DNA from: Callorhinchus milii
Taxonomy: Eukaryota
Direction of reading: 5' to 3'
Assembly: GCF_018977255.1 (NCBI RefSeq)
Contig: NW_024704742.1
Span: 135,968,001-136,032,000, forward strand
DNA length: 64,000 bases
The notes under the pieces: generated by a model
The model's database searches: none
The model's input: the letters and a program-made list of their open reading frames with translations, nothing else
Told to the model about the DNA's origin: nothing
Part shown: piece after piece, positions 49,116 through 63,087 of the stretch
Layout of the letters: each line of letters begins with the position of its first letter
How positions within the stretch are numbered: position 1 is the first letter of the stretch
Position numbers and translations under genes: made by a program

Positions 49116-49825
49116 TCTCGGAAATTTATTCTTGAATATTTTAACATTGGTGTTAAGCCTGAGAACAAGAGGTATTTCAGGGCTCTTTAGAGCAAATGTC
49201 TGACACAAAAGGGATAGAGCAGAAAATTGAAGAGTGTGAGAAGAGCCTTTAAAAAAAAACGACAGCCTATTCTGTGGCATCCCTATCTCTTCTTAAAGAG
49301 TCATAATGAAGTGTCACATCTAGTTCTAATTTTTCATACGAATTAATATAGCTCACAAAGCGCTAAGAGAAATAGTGTGCAGCTCAGGCAGTCTCAGCTC
49401 ATCCATAATTAAATTGGATTTTCTCATTAGCTGCTAAACATGTCCAAAGAGACCCCGGTGGATTGCAAGTTCAATCCCCTCGCCTCACTTCTTCCTGCGA
49501 ATCAACTATTAAATTTACCAGGTAAAAGAGCATTGAATAATATGTCTTGATCCACTGTGAACTTCCGAGCAGAAGTTAGCACCAGTCGCATAAAGATTAT
49601 TATGTGCTGGAAGCCTAAAGTGCACCGATTTTAGTTGTGTGCTGCTGCCGGCAAAGGTATGTTAAAGATCCCCCAAAAAACAATCCACAATTGCTTGGCT
49701 TCAGACAGAAAATACACACCAATCCACTTTGCAATATATTCTGTCAAGAGCTTTGGGACATCTCAACGACGCCATAAGGCACAATATCAAATGCGAGGAT
49801 TAAAAGGATTAGAATTATTTATTTG

Positions 49826-50130
49826 TGGAGTCCTGTAGCTCAGTGGTTAGAGCACTCGCCTCGTAAGCGAGAGATCTGAGTTCGATTCCCGGCAGGGCGA
49901 AACCTTGGGCAAGTTTCCTTACGCCACACTCCTGATAATCATCCCTGAAGAAAAATAAATAAAAATAATAATTTGGTCACTCAATCCACGATTGTTTGTG
50001 GGACGCTGCTGTGCACAATTGGCTGCCGCGTTTCGCCCACAAAATATGCAGTCAATTCACTTTACAGTCTGTATTCTGTGAAGCGCTTTGAGCTTCTCGA
50101 AAGCGTGAAAAGCACGGATTATTATTATAT
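49826..50130 (+). mobile_element. tRNA-headed SINE, short type
   Basis: GGAGTCCTGTAGCTCAGTGGTTAGAGC head; CCTGATAATCATCCC deletion junction. Confidence 0.9.
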
Positions 50131-50149
50131 ATATTGTTCATCCACCAAA

Positions 50150-50240
50150 TAGTCAGTCAGTCAGTCAGTCAGTGAGTGAGTGAGCGAGCGAGCGAGTGAG
50201 CCAGAGAGTGAGCCAGAGAATGAGTCAGAGAATGAATGAT
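50150..50240. repeat. Compound tetranucleotide microsatellite (CAGT)n-(GAGT)n-(GAGC)n
   Basis: Seen directly. Confidence 0.88.
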
Positions 50241-50839
50241 TGGCAGTGTCAATAAGTGAGTATGAAAGTCACTTTACAGTATATCCCGTGAAGCACTTTA
50301 AGACATCCTCCCAACAAGAGGCAGCCGGTATCAAATGGAAAGATTTTTTATTATTTGCTGGAATCTAAAATGGATCAATTTCTTACTGGATTCTTCAACA
50401 GTGACGTTTACATTAAATACTGAGCCTTTCACATCAGGAGGATGTCTCGGGGCTTTGAACTCGGGACAGTGATGGGGGTGTTATTTGTTGCAACCAATTT
50501 TCCTTACAAATACACAGTACAAATTTGCCGGCAGCCATACACGGTACAAATACACAGTAACTACATTTTACGGAGTCCCGAGAAGCATTTTGAGGCGGTC
50601 TCGGTGACATGATAAGACGCTATATCAAATGTAAGGATTATTGTTGTTCAACATAAAGCGTAGTGACTGTTTGTGCGCAAAACATTCACTGCACAGTCAC
50701 TACACTTTGTAGTGAATCGTGTGCGGTGCTTTAAGCTGCCCTCCTGACGTGAAGAGCACTATATCAAATGCAAGGTTTATTAAAAGGGCTGAAGGGGATT
50801 TTTTCATCCTCAGCTCTCGTTCTCCCTGGTGTACCTGGA

Positions 50840-51165
50840 GTTCGATATTGGATGGGCCTCTTCTCTGGTGACAGCATTCTCTGGTGACAGGATATAAACT
50901 TATAAACTGAAGCTCGGGTGGTTAGAAATCAGGTCAGGAGACATTTCTTTACCCAGAGCGTGTGAGAATGTGGAACTCACAGCCCAGGAGGTTATGCAAC
51001 GTATAGGAAGTTGAGATGTTTAACAGAGAGAGACGGGTAGATATTCCACAAGTGAGGGGTTTAAGGGGTTACGGAGGAAAGGCGTACATGGGAATTAAAA
51101 CATCTGCGAATGATCGAAACACAATGGTTTGATGGGCCGAACGGCCGAATGCTGCCTCTGTGTTA
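50840..51165 (+). mobile_element. CR1 3' fragment
   Basis: TTCTTTACCCAGAG..GAATGTGGAACTCAC; GATGGGCCGAACGGCC tail. Confidence 0.7.
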
Positions 51166-54100
51166 TAATAATACTTACATTTGCTATTGCACCTTATCAG
51201 GCCAACGAGACGTTTCAAAATGCTTCACAGTACGTACTGTAAAGTGTAGTGGCTGCGTATTTTCTCGGCAAATGCGGCAGTCTATTTGCGCACAGCAACA
51301 GTACACCAACAGCTATGAAGTGAGCGATGAATTTTATCTGGGGGAATTGTTGGCCGGTATCCAAAGGAACTCCTTTCTCTATGTATTGGTTACTCACTCC
51401 ACGGCTGTTTGTGGGACACCGCTGTGTGCAATTGGCTGCCGCGTTTCACCCACAAAATATAGTCACTCCACTTTACAATATATCCCGTGAAGCGCTTTGA
51501 GACGTCTCAACGACATGATAAGGCGATATATCAAATGCAAGGATTATTATTTTATAAGATTGGGGGGAGGGAGGAACGAATTTAAGGAAGCGCGGGAGTG
51601 AAAAATAGAGGGAGAAAGGAATGGAGGGTGAGGAGGAGAGAGGGAGGGAAAGTAAGGAGAAGTGAGGGTGAGAATGGTGAGTGAAAGAGGAGGGCTAGAG
51701 GAGAGAGAGAGTGTGTGAAGAGAGGAGAGGGAAGTAAGGAAGGAATATATATTGTCTCTGGTTACAGGCCAAGCCATATTTAGCCGTTTGCTGTTTTATT
51801 GATAGCTGAAGCCTCACAGGTCATGAACATTTGATGTCTCTCTATGTCCCGCACTCTTCCTGATACATTAAGCATCTCAGTACACACAGCAGTGCTGGTT
51901 TACAATGGCTCCGAGGAGCATTTAATTGTGATTTACTATTAATTTCATAATCCTGAGGGGGATATGGCGTTTCACACTAAATGAATGTGGAGCTGGGAGG
52001 AACTTACACGAGGTCGGCTTCTCTGCTTCCCGCTATAATTAAACTCCGCAGATAAGACATAATGAGTAAGTAATACAATGCCGAATAGAATTATAACCCA
52101 TTTCAATCCACATCCTTCACAAGCAGCTTTCAGAAACACATGCAGAGAGATCATTGGTTCCTTAGCATGAATAACAATAAAAATAATAATCCTTGCATTC
52201 GACGCCACGCCTTATCATGTCCAAACATTTCAAAGCGTTTCACAGTGAATGTGTATTTTGTAGGCAAACACAGCAGCCAATTTGCACACAGCTACATCCC
52301 ACAAACAGCCAGCAATTGAATGAGCTTTTTTTTTATTTAATGATGAATTAGCTGTCAACGTCTGCACAGTTTGTAGCACTCTTGCCTCGGAGTCAGAAGC
52401 CCCACAAAGAGATGTTCAATTTACAGTCTAGGCTGACAGACCAGTGCAGTGATGGGAGTAGACTGTATTGTCAGAGGTCCTGTACTTTGGATGAGACGTT
52501 AAACCATCCTGTCTGTCTGTTCAGGTGGACGTTAAAGATTCTGCAGCACTAATCAAAAAGAGAAAGGGGTTTCTCTCTCCCAATGTCCTAACCAACAACC
52601 CCCCCCACCCCAGTAAAATTGGTCAATGATTTTGTGGCTATTTCTAACACATTGCTCAGTGAATATTGGCTGCCCCTTTCCCCAACAAATACACAGCCAC
52701 TAACTTTCCATTATGAAGCGCTTTGAAGTGCTTTGAGATGTCCTCTTGTGACAGGCGCTATATTACATGAAAGGATTATTTGTTTATTTATTGCTTATCC
52801 ATAGTTTGCATCCAGGCATTATTAACCCCAGTGTACATCTGGGATATATAATAATAATAATCCTTACATATCATACAGTGCCTTATCACGTCATTGAGAC
52901 ATCTCAAAGCGCTTCACATGATATAAAGTAGATTGACTGTTTATTTTGGGGGCGAAACACATACAGCTATGGAGTGAGTGACCAATTTTTCCAACAGGTT
53001 GCTCGTTTTAGCTGTCGTTAAAATATCATCGGAGGGACAGTACTTCCGACAATGCCGTGCTCCCCCAGCATTGTATTGGGGTGCTAGTCTGGACTGCGAC
53101 CTGAGAGCCTTCAAATGAAGCTTGAACCCACAACCTCCTGACTCTCAGCAGGAGTGCGAGCGAGCCAGGTTGACACCTAAGGTCTAAGTGAACCTGTATT
53201 ATTATAACAGTGATGCTGATGTGTTATAATGAGGGCTCCACCATAATTATCACCTCACATCGATTACATGGATCTTATATATATATATAACTGCTAACAT
53301 TGCCATACCATCTGACAGGGCTTGGGGATAGTGGCAACATGCAGTGCCAGTGTGAACCTTTTATGCCTGTAATTAAACCCTAAACAGCTAATTACATCTT
53401 GCCGGTAACACTTTGTACTGGGGGGAGCATAATTAGCAGGAGCACCAAAATGAGATACATGTTTTACTCTCAGCCAGAACCCTCTCTGTAAGGCAACCTG
53501 TGACGCAACATTAAATACAAAAGCCCTTTTCAATCAATCCCCATATAATTAAAATAAATTGCTGTTATCGCTAATTAATTTCGGTGCTCATCGTGCTTTT
53601 CAGTTATCACACAATTTGTTCACAATTTCAAGTCTATTTGGATTAAGGATTTAATTATTTAAGGACGGCAAATGGATAGATTGGGTGCACGCCAATAGAT
53701 TGGGTTTTAAGAGGAACTGGGACAAGCTGTGTGACTGGAAGTGTGGGGGGGGAGGGTGGGGGAGGGTCTTGTCTTCTTTTGATTGTCAATGTCAAATGAG
53801 TACATGAAAGCGTTCTGTGAAAAGCATATTTCACACAAGGTGAGGGTTGAGGTACAAGGGATAAGAATAATTCAATAAGATGGGGCTCTTCAGCCTTTGA
53901 AAGACATGTCACAGAGGGTATAAGAAGTGTGGACGATAGTAATAATATGCCTTACATTTGGTCCTCCTGACGTGATAGGCACGCTACAAAATGTAATCTG
54001 TTGTTATTGTAACATCCCACAAACGGTTATGAAGTGAATGATCGATTTTAATTGGGGGGATTGTTGGCTGGGAGAAATTTCCTCCTCTTTTCGAACAGAG

Positions 54101-54606
54101 AGAGTGTTCCAGAGTATCGGAGAGTAGTGGCTGAATACGCGACCTCCAATGGTGGAGCGGAGGGCGCAAGGGACAAGCAGGAGGCTGTGGATTGGGGAGT
54201 GAGGAGATCAGAGAGGTAGGGAGGTACCAGGGGGTGAAGGGATTTGAGAACTTATTTGTTATTGACTGGAGACCAGGCATTGAAGTCAAACTGAGGCCAT
54301 TATTGGGCACCCGCTCCCTCCCTGATTAGACTCGCCATCTGAAATTAGCTGCCAACTAATTAATGCTAGATCCTCACTCTGGACATCTTATTAACATTCG
54401 GGGCTTTAACTGGCACATGGAGCTGTTAGAGACACAGTCTCGGAGTCACTCAGCATCTCTGACGTGTGTATACTGTGATAGTGTCAGGCTGGAGTAGACC
54501 ATACACTATCTCACTAACCATCCAAACTGGGACACTAACCTATGTGAGAGTCACGATATAAATGCAAGTTGTTGTTGTTGATAAGGAACTTAAGTTGTGC
54601 TAATGT

Positions 54607-54796
54607 TAGGGTTGCCATCTCCGAGGCGGGAAAACAAAATGGACCTCTGCAGGCGCCATCTTGGTAAAACCATGCCCTGCAATGGTGGTGAGGGTTAGGG
54701 TAGACATCTTGGTACAGGAAGTGCATGCAATGCATGATGAGGGGGGCACGGGAGAGACAGATACGTATATGCATGCGTCCCACTATGGTCACTCTA
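54607..54796. mobile_element. Possible hAT (Blackjack-like) MITE
   Basis: Imperfect terminal inverted repeats TAGGGTTGCCAT ... ATGGTCACTCTA; no clear 8-bp TSD. Confidence 0.4.
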
Positions 54797-55004
54797 ACAA
54801 CATGACACATTAAACCTTTTCACTGCAAACACTGAGGCAGTACAAAAAACAGATATTAAGAGTATAGAGTGTCCTGGCCAATATTCCCACAGATACCTAA
54901 TGGTGGGGCATGGCTGCACTATTGCCACAGTCACTACACTGTAGGGTAATTACTGCAAAATGCAATGCGGCAGCTCAAAGTGATGAGGAGCTATAAACAT
55001 AAGA

Positions 55005-55352
55005 ATATCGTTGCATTTGATCTGGCACATTATCATATCGTTGAGATATCTCAAAGCTCTTCGTAGAATATACTGTAAAGTGGATTGACTGTATTTTGTG
55101 GGCAAAATGCGGCAGACAATTAGGTACAGCAATGACAAACAGTCATGGAGTGAGTAACCGATTTTTTTGGTGGGCTGGGTTGGGTTATTAGCCCCAGAAA
55201 GGAATCTGCCAATCGACTAACAACCCGGTTCCTACTTGCTACTAGGTAAGCAGAGGTCTTGAAACTTGCCTAAGGTTTCTCCCCGCCCACAATCAAACTT
55301 GGGTTCTCTCGCTTGTGAGGCGAGTGCGGTAACCATTACACTACAGGACTCC
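55005..55352 (-). mobile_element. Full-length tRNA-headed SINE
   Basis: Reverse head CTACAGGACTCC at ~55341-55352. Confidence 0.87.
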
Positions 55353-55691
55353 TTAGTGGTTAGAAAGAAAGAAAACAGCACCAGGAGGGATCTTTCACTG
55401 TCTGTCAACACAGAGCTTCTGCTCGTAAGCAGTTGGCGAGGACTCAAGGAAGCCACTTTTGCTTTGTTGAACGCTTCTGTTTACATCAATAAAACATTGA
55501 GAATGCTGTCACACGATGCACTCTGCCTGCCTGTCAGCTGTGGGGAAAGGGTGGCTTTCAGCAAAATCTCAACCCCAGGGTTAAAGAGAACAAAGTGCCA
55601 CTGGAGACTTTGAACTCACGGTCCTGGTTGACTCTCCATCCATCAGATTCGACCTTAAACCTTTGATCTTACAGAGCCCTGTAGGCGATAT

Positions 55692-55940
55692 GGAGTCCTA
55701 TAGAGTATTGGTCAGAGTATAAGCGAGAGGACCTGGGTTCGATCCCTGTGCAGGTCTAAACCTTACTCCACACATCCCTTTCTACCTTTTGTGATCCTGT
55801 AAGTAGGAACCCAGTTGTTAGTCGATTGCTGGATTGCTTTATGGGGGTAATAATCCCTTCAAAAAATAATAATAATAATAATTTGGACACTCAATCCACA
55901 AATGAATGTGGGACACTGCTGTGTGCAATTGGCTGCCGCT
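55692..55940 (+). mobile_element. tRNA-headed SINE, 3' truncated
   Basis: Head, GGTTCGATCCC B-box, core. Confidence 0.8.
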
Positions 55941-56643
55941 CCCAATCTCTGCTGCCGCAGTTTCTCCCACTGCACTGGTAGACAATCCCTCCCAGATAAA
56001 TTGGGCTTTCACCTCAATTATGGGACCTCACCGAGTACAAAATGACTGCTGCAATTGCCTGTAAATAACAATTATAATAATATCCTAGCACTCGATATAG
56101 CCTCTGTCATACTAAAGCTCTTCACAGCTAATTGCTGACTACGGCTGTGAATCTGTATTTTGTAGGCGAACACATAAACTAATTTGCGCAGAGCAATGTC
56201 CCGTAGAGTGAATCATCGATTTTATTTGGGGGATTGTTGGTTAGGACACCCTGAGAAAGAAACTGCCTTCTTTTTTCAGGTGAAGCCATGGGTTCTAAGG
56301 GGAAAGTCTTCAGGTGCGATTTGAAGATGGACAAACGTGGAGGGATTGAAGCAGAGCCTTGGCACATAGTGGCTGAAAACACAGCCGTTGATGTTTGAAT
56401 TGAGGCTCGATGGACTTGCACAACAAATATTGACTGAAGCTTGGCTTAACATTGCAACCGAAGGATGGTGGATATACAGTCACTGCACTTGACAGCCATT
56501 CCCTGTGAAGCCTTTTTTTGATGGTATAGATGTTGTCAAATGCAAGGATTATTATTACAGTAGAGACAGGTGACCAGGGTGGTCGATGGCAAGAAGCCAC
56601 AGAGATAGGGTGAGGGCAAGACTGTGGAGAGATCCCATGATAA

Positions 56644-56998
56644 GTCCTGTAGTATATTAGTCAGAGTGCTCGCCTCACAAGCGAGAGAACCCGGGTTTGA
56701 TACCCTTGCAGGGCGAAGCCTTACTCCACATGCCTCTGTATACCCAGCAGTAAGTAGGAACCAGTTCTTAGTCGATTGGTGGATCACTTTCCAAGGGTAA
56801 TAATCCCTTCACAAATCAATAAATAAAAAGATATACTCAATGCCCGACTATTTGTGGGACACTGCTGTGCACAATTGGCTGCCATGTTTGTCCACAAATA
56901 TATTTTACAATATATTTTACGTTACAACCCATTTTATAATATATTCTGTGAAGCGCTTTGATAAGGTGCTATATCAAATGCAAGATTTATTATTGTTA
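56644..56998 (+). mobile_element. Full-length tRNA-headed SINE
   Basis: Head, body, core, tail. Confidence 0.87.
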
Positions 56999-58012
56999 TC
57001 CCAGTTCCTCCAGCTACGTCACATACAATAGGACCACCCTCCCCTTCCACACACCCCCACGTCACCTCCCCCCACAAGGTGTGAGGGTAATTTGTCCCGG
57101 CAGCAAGGCCAATTATGAAGCAATTAAAAGTTCATTTTAAAAAGAAAACACAAATCATTAGTCAATGTACGGAACCCGCTGGCTAGCGATAACAGCCAGA
57201 CTGTTTAGCATTCCCATTGAAGCTCTCATGATCTATTAGTGGAATCCAACCTCATGATGAGAACGTGGGGATTTTTTTCAACACCCCCCTCCCTCTACTA
57301 AACTGTTCACGATCCAATATTTGTGTCAAGTAACACAAATATCGTCTCTTATAATTATAGGGTGGCAATACTACAAACCTACTTAGGTTAACATTGCCAT
57401 TAAGGCTTTGATTCGAAAGAATGAAACAGATAAGACTTGTCCTATTCCGAAGCCCCTATCAATATTTCATGGCCGTAAGCCTGATATACGCTTAATGTGG
57501 ATTTCTGTTAATAATTAATGTGCTGCCCTTCGACAACAAATGTAAGCTATTTAAGCTGAACAGGCCCTGAGTAATACCAACCAGCTTGCCGTATGAGAGG
57601 CTCAGGCTTGACCAGCCAGCCCCTCTCGTTCCCATCTCAAGACCATCCTCTTCGACCGTGCTTTCGGTCACCCTGCTGCCCCCCACTGCCCTCCACCCTC
57701 TCCGATCCTGACCTCCAGCTCGGGTCCGAAACTCTTGACTGTCCAGTGCCTTGGGACATCCTCCCGACACGAAAGGGGGTGTACGAATGCAATGTTGTTG
57801 TTGAGTCAGAAGGTTATGGGGGGGGGGGTTGAATAATAATAATAATCCTTGAATTTTATATAGCGCCTTAAAACGTCGCTGGGACGTCTCAAAGCGCTTC
57901 ACAGACGATATTGTAAAGTATCTATTTTACAATATATATATATTTTGTTTATTTTGTGGGCAAAATGCGGTAGCCAATTTGCGCACAGCAGTATCCCCCC
58001 AAAAAGTTGTAG

Positions 58013-58325
58013 ATTAGAGCACTCGCTTTGCAAGTGAGAGACATGCGTTCAATTCCAGGCAGAGGGTGAAACCTTGGGCAAGTTTCCTTACTCCACACAG
58101 AGCCTAATAATAATCCCTCCAAAACCAAAACAATAATAAATTGGTCATTTTCAATCTACGATTGTTTGTGGGACATTGTTGTGCGCAATTGGCTGCCGCG
58201 TTCGCCCACAAATATACAGTCAATTCCCTTTACAGTGTGTTCTGTGAAGCGCTTTGGGACGTCCTCCTGACGTGAAAAGCGCTATATCAAATGCAAGGAT
58301 TATTATTATTGTTATTATTATTATT
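58013..58325 (+). mobile_element. Young short-type SINE nested in an antisense SINE (57830-58375)
   Basis: Near-identical to 20617-20937, slightly 5' truncated; TAGATT at both ends. Confidence 0.92.
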
Positions 58326-59299
58326 AGATTGATTGACTAACAAGCGGGTTCCTACTTACTGCTGGGTAAACAGATATTTAAACCAAGTTTCAATCGGTGC
58401 TTATTCAGGTAGATGTTAAAGATTCCCCAACTGTGTTGCAAAATGACCAGAGAGTGCCCAATGTCCCTGGCTGCCAAACATCATATAAATAAAATGGCTT
58501 CCTGTCTGTGTGTGGAAGCTTACTGTATGCAAACCTCCTACATTTGCCAACAAAGATACAGCCATACAATTTTAGCCATTTTGACATTATGGGCGATGTA
58601 CCAAATACAAGGATTATTATAAATTGACTTCCACTTTCTCTCCCCCCCCCCCAACACACACCAACACACACATACGCACACACAAACATGCGTGCAAACC
58701 TTCTACGGGTATGCTTAACAAAAGCAGCTTGGCTTTAGTGCTTTGTCCAAAGCAATACGTGACTCATTTGTTAGAACGAAGGTCTCTCTGGATACCAAAA
58801 AACAGGCAATTTGCAAGTCTGTGTACCCAGCCCATTAAATCACTGGCTCAGTCCATTCAATCATGACACGGTGGACTGGGAGCACTTAACAGAAAACCAC
58901 ATTTAACATAAAAGTGATTAGAATTTGAAAGCAGGAACGGATGGCTTGAGGTGATACTTGGTAGGTGATTGACTGGCTGGAGGCCGCTGAGCTTTAAACA
59001 CAACAATAATCGAGGAACTTTTCATGCTTGGAACAAGGCAGGTGTCTACCAGAGTCAGGGGGAAATGGCTGGGTTGCCAGTCACTGAGAGCTACGACCTC
59101 GCACAGTATTAAAATTCTGAGCCCAAATTTCAGGCTGACAGGGTTGTGCTCTGCATTGTCGGAGATGCCATTCTTTCGGATGAGACGTTACACTGCGATC
59201 CCATCCATCAGTGTCTATTAAGGTTAAAGACCTTGTGACGCATTTGGAAAAGAAAAAGTAGTTTCTCCTGCTGTACTGGCCGACAATGACGCAGGACAA

Positions 59300-59640
59300 A
59301 GTCCTGTAGTGTAGTGGTTAGAGCACTCGTCTCACACGTAAGAGGACCTGGGTTGGATTACCGGCCAGGTGGAAACCTTAGACAAGTTCCCTTACTCCAC
59401 ACGCCTCGGTTTACCTAGCAGTAAGTAGGAAGCAGTTTGTTAGTCAATTTCTGGGGTTAATAATCCCTCCAAAAAATATATATATATTTGGTCATTCAAT
59501 CCGTGACTGTTTGTGGGACACTGCTGCTGTGTTTCGCCCACAATACACAGTCAATTCACTTTACAGTATATTCTGTGAAGGGCTTTGAGACATTCAAACG
59601 ACATGATAAGGCGCGATATCAAATGCAAGGATTATTATTA
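59300..59640 (+). mobile_element. Full-length tRNA-headed SINE
   Basis: AGTCCTGTAGTGTAGTGGTTAGAGC head through GGATTATTATTA tail. Confidence 0.9.
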
Positions 59641-61819
59641 AAGATCCCGCGATGCTATTGGAAAAGAGAAGGTAGGTTCTCCCAATGTTCTCGCTGAGAA
59701 TGTCCAGATAAAAACTGGTCATTTGCAATTGGGTGGGGAGTAATATATGAATAATTATTGCAAAAATTATACCAGGCACAATTCCATGTTTGATACAGTC
59801 GTTCGCTCACTTTGTGGGTGTTTGACATTGCTGCGTGCAAATCAGCTGCCGCTACACAGTCACTACACTTGACAGTGAAGCCCATTGTGAAGCCGGGTAA
59901 TTTAATCTTATGAAAAGGAAATGGTAAAATAAACACATTAAATCCGTTTATAAAGAGAGTGGGCATTGTGAAAGATTACATTAGTTGGTCATTGGAGAGC
60001 CTGAAAGCGATATCTCTCTCTCTCTCTCTCTCTTTCCTGTGCTGCGTATACCCAAGGACGGAGACTGTAATTAAAGGCAGATTAATCGTTGCTCATCTGT
60101 GCTGATTCAGCTCATTACAATGATGATCTGGCCAGAACCTTCCCTGCAGATTATTGTTTGATGCGAGAAAGAATCCCTGTGAGTAACGGAGAGGGCAACA
60201 CTGTGAATATTCACCAATGCATACTTATACAATACAATTTACAGAGATTGAGTTGCTTTCACATCAGGAGAGCAGCTCAAAAGTTTTACACTACTGCCTG
60301 AACACCCAAGCTGGTGATTGTGGGGGGAAGCTGAGGAAGGTGAGTGGGGGATGACCAAAAATAGGGTGAATGGCGGACTTTAAACATGGAAAGGGAGGGT
60401 TGATTGGAAGGTCCATAGGGTTTATTTATTGATTGGAGTTCCAGAAAGCGAGGGCTGAATGGTTGACAGCTCACCCACTGATGATGGGGCAGATGGGGTG
60501 GGAGATATGATGCAGTTTGCTGTTCACTGAACAGAGGAAAGGAAAGGTGTTGAAAGCAAGAAAGAGGGAAGGTGGGGGAGGTAGGGAGGGAAGAAGGAAG
60601 GAAGGAAGACAACAACAGCAAACGGCAACTTGCACCCTCCATGCAGGGTAACGTCTCAGAGCGCAAAGAAAGGAGGGAAGGAGGGAGGAAAGCAAGACTT
60701 TTTCAGCACTTTAATCATCTTAAAAGTGCTTTCCAGTAGTTTATGTGAAGTGACTGCGATTGTGACCCGGGTTGTGTTGATGGCCGGGGTCACCTGTTTA
60801 AGATTTCAGACTGGGATGTTCCATTTACTCAGTGAATGCCGAGAGGCTGAGACAATCTGCGGCAGAACAAAGTGCCATTAAGCACAGAGTTTCAGCGTGT
60901 AAGAGCATCACTTATGTGCAGCCAGACACCAATCTCCCTGTCAGACTGTCAGGCCTGCACCCAGGACCCTGTATCCATCACAGCTACATTTTAACAGTCA
61001 GTACTAGGGGTCAGCTAATGGAATGGAACAGGGCCTCTGTAAATTCACAGTAAGACATGGGTTCAGCAATTGGCAGTGTCAGGGGATTTTTCATACAAAG
61101 TGAAAGCTTTTATATATATAGATAGATATATATACATTGAATTTAAAGCCGTCTGTCGTGTTCATTTCTGGGTCGGAAGATTGTGGATTTAACCCCCCCC
61201 CCACACATCCAATCAGGGACTTTACGCTCACAGTCCAGACTGACACTCTGGAGCCCTCTTCCTCTGACCCTCCGCCTCGCCTCCTCCTTCCTCATCTTCA
61301 CGTTGTGCCTGAAGACTTTCCGCTTCAACCGTGCATAAGGTTTCCTCCCATTCTGTACCATCCCCCAGGCTCGGGGTCGTGCTCCACCGCTGTCAAGCAC
61401 TCCGAAACTCTACCCTACGCGAGGGGCACGATATAAATGCAAGTTGTTGTTGTTGACCCTCCAGGGCAGTGTTGGAGGGAGTGTCCTTAAAAGCAGTCCA
61501 CTGGCTCCTGCTGTGGGGAACTCATTCGTGTTTGACTAAACATTTTTACATTCAAAAACGAATGGAAATTCGCCAAACCGTGGGCTTTGTTTCCACATTA
61601 ATCCCTTCATTTCCAAACCCTGCTGTGCCATTGTCTGCTTGACTGACAGTGATTACACAGATTTGTATTAATACCTGGCAACTGCCATTATAATCCTGCC
61701 CTCTGGGCCCTTTCATGAAGCAAGAAAAAAATGGCAGACGGGACCTTGGTTTAATATTCCTTCCAAAGAATGGCACCTCTGACAATGAAGCACTCACTCT
61801 ACACTGCACTGGAACTTAA

Positions 61820-62184
61820 TATTAATCCTTGCATTTGATATAATGCCTTATCACTTCCGTGAGACGTCTCAAAGCTCTCTACAGAACTTATTGTAAAGGT
61901 GAATTGACTTTCTCTTTTGTGGATGAAACAATTGCAGCCAATTGCGCACAGCAGTGTCCCACAAACGGTGATGAATCGAGGGACCAAATAATTTTTTTTT
62001 TTGAAAGGATTATTACCCCCAGAAAGTAATCCGACAATCAACTAACCACTGGGTTCCTACTTACTGCTAGATAAACAGAGGCGTGTGGAGAAAGGAAATT
62101 TGCCTGAGGTTTCATCCTGCCCGGGAATCGAACCCGAGTCCTCTTGCTTGCAATAATACAATCAACCAATATGCTACAGGACTC
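61820..62184 (-). mobile_element. Full-length tRNA-headed SINE
   Basis: Reverse head GCTACAGGACTCC; GGAATCGAACC B-box. Confidence 0.88.
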
Positions 62185-62347
62185 CTTACAAGACAACTTA
62201 CACAGTGAGCTCAAAGTCCCCAACATGGGGCTTGAATCCACAACCAGTGGGTCCTTTGAGGGAGAGCAAACACACACGAAAGGTCTCAGAACATAACAGA
62301 TTCAACATGTGATTCTTATATAATATATAAGTATAAGGGATTATTAC

Positions 62348-62725
62348 TGTAGCTTAGCGGTTAGAGCATTCGCCTCGCAAGAGAGAGGACCTGGGTTCAA
62401 TTCCCAGACAGGGCAAAACGTTGGTCAAGTTTCCTTCTTCCTCTATTTACTTAGCAGTAAGTAGGAATCCAGTTGTTAGTCAAATGGTGCATCACTTTTT
62501 GGCGGCAATAATCCTTTCTTTAAAAATACAATAAAATTTAAAAAATCTTAATAACAACAATAATAATAATCTGATCACTGTTGGACGCTGCTGTGCGGAA
62601 TTGGCTACCGCAAACTACCACAAAATATACAGTCAATTCACTTTAAAATATGTTTTGTGAAGCTCCTTGAGATGTCTCGGAGACGTGATAAGGCCCTTTG
62701 TTAAATGAAAGGACTATTATATGAT
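62348..62725 (+). mobile_element. Full-length tRNA-headed SINE
   Basis: Head, body, core, tail. Confidence 0.86.
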
Positions 62726-63087
62726 TATAAAAATCCTGTGTAACTTTCACTTTCATTCACGTTTAAAAGAAAAAGCCTGGCGACTTGCAAAACGCTCTGT
62801 CCATAATAAAGAGAAAATCTCTAAATTACATTACCGCCTGAAACACCTCAATTGATTTTCGGCTCCATTTTAAATCCCATTTTAAGATGAAAGCAGAGAA
62901 CTGTGTAAGGAGCTGTCGTCCTCAGTACTTTGTCTGAGCCGTGTAATTACACAACCACTGCTCATCTTTGACTAAAAATGAATAGGCCACTCAAATCTTT
63001 CACAGCTAGTCTGGCTTCATCTATTAAGTGTAAGCAGTTCCATGTTCACCGCTCCTCTTAAGGCTATCCTTATTGGGAGGTCAAAAA

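Noticed and set aside
49826..49900. tRNA gene (Ala/Thr-like) at SINE heads
   Set aside because: A/B boxes and an anticodon-like arm are present, but there is no proper acceptor stem and every copy runs on into SINE body and tail.
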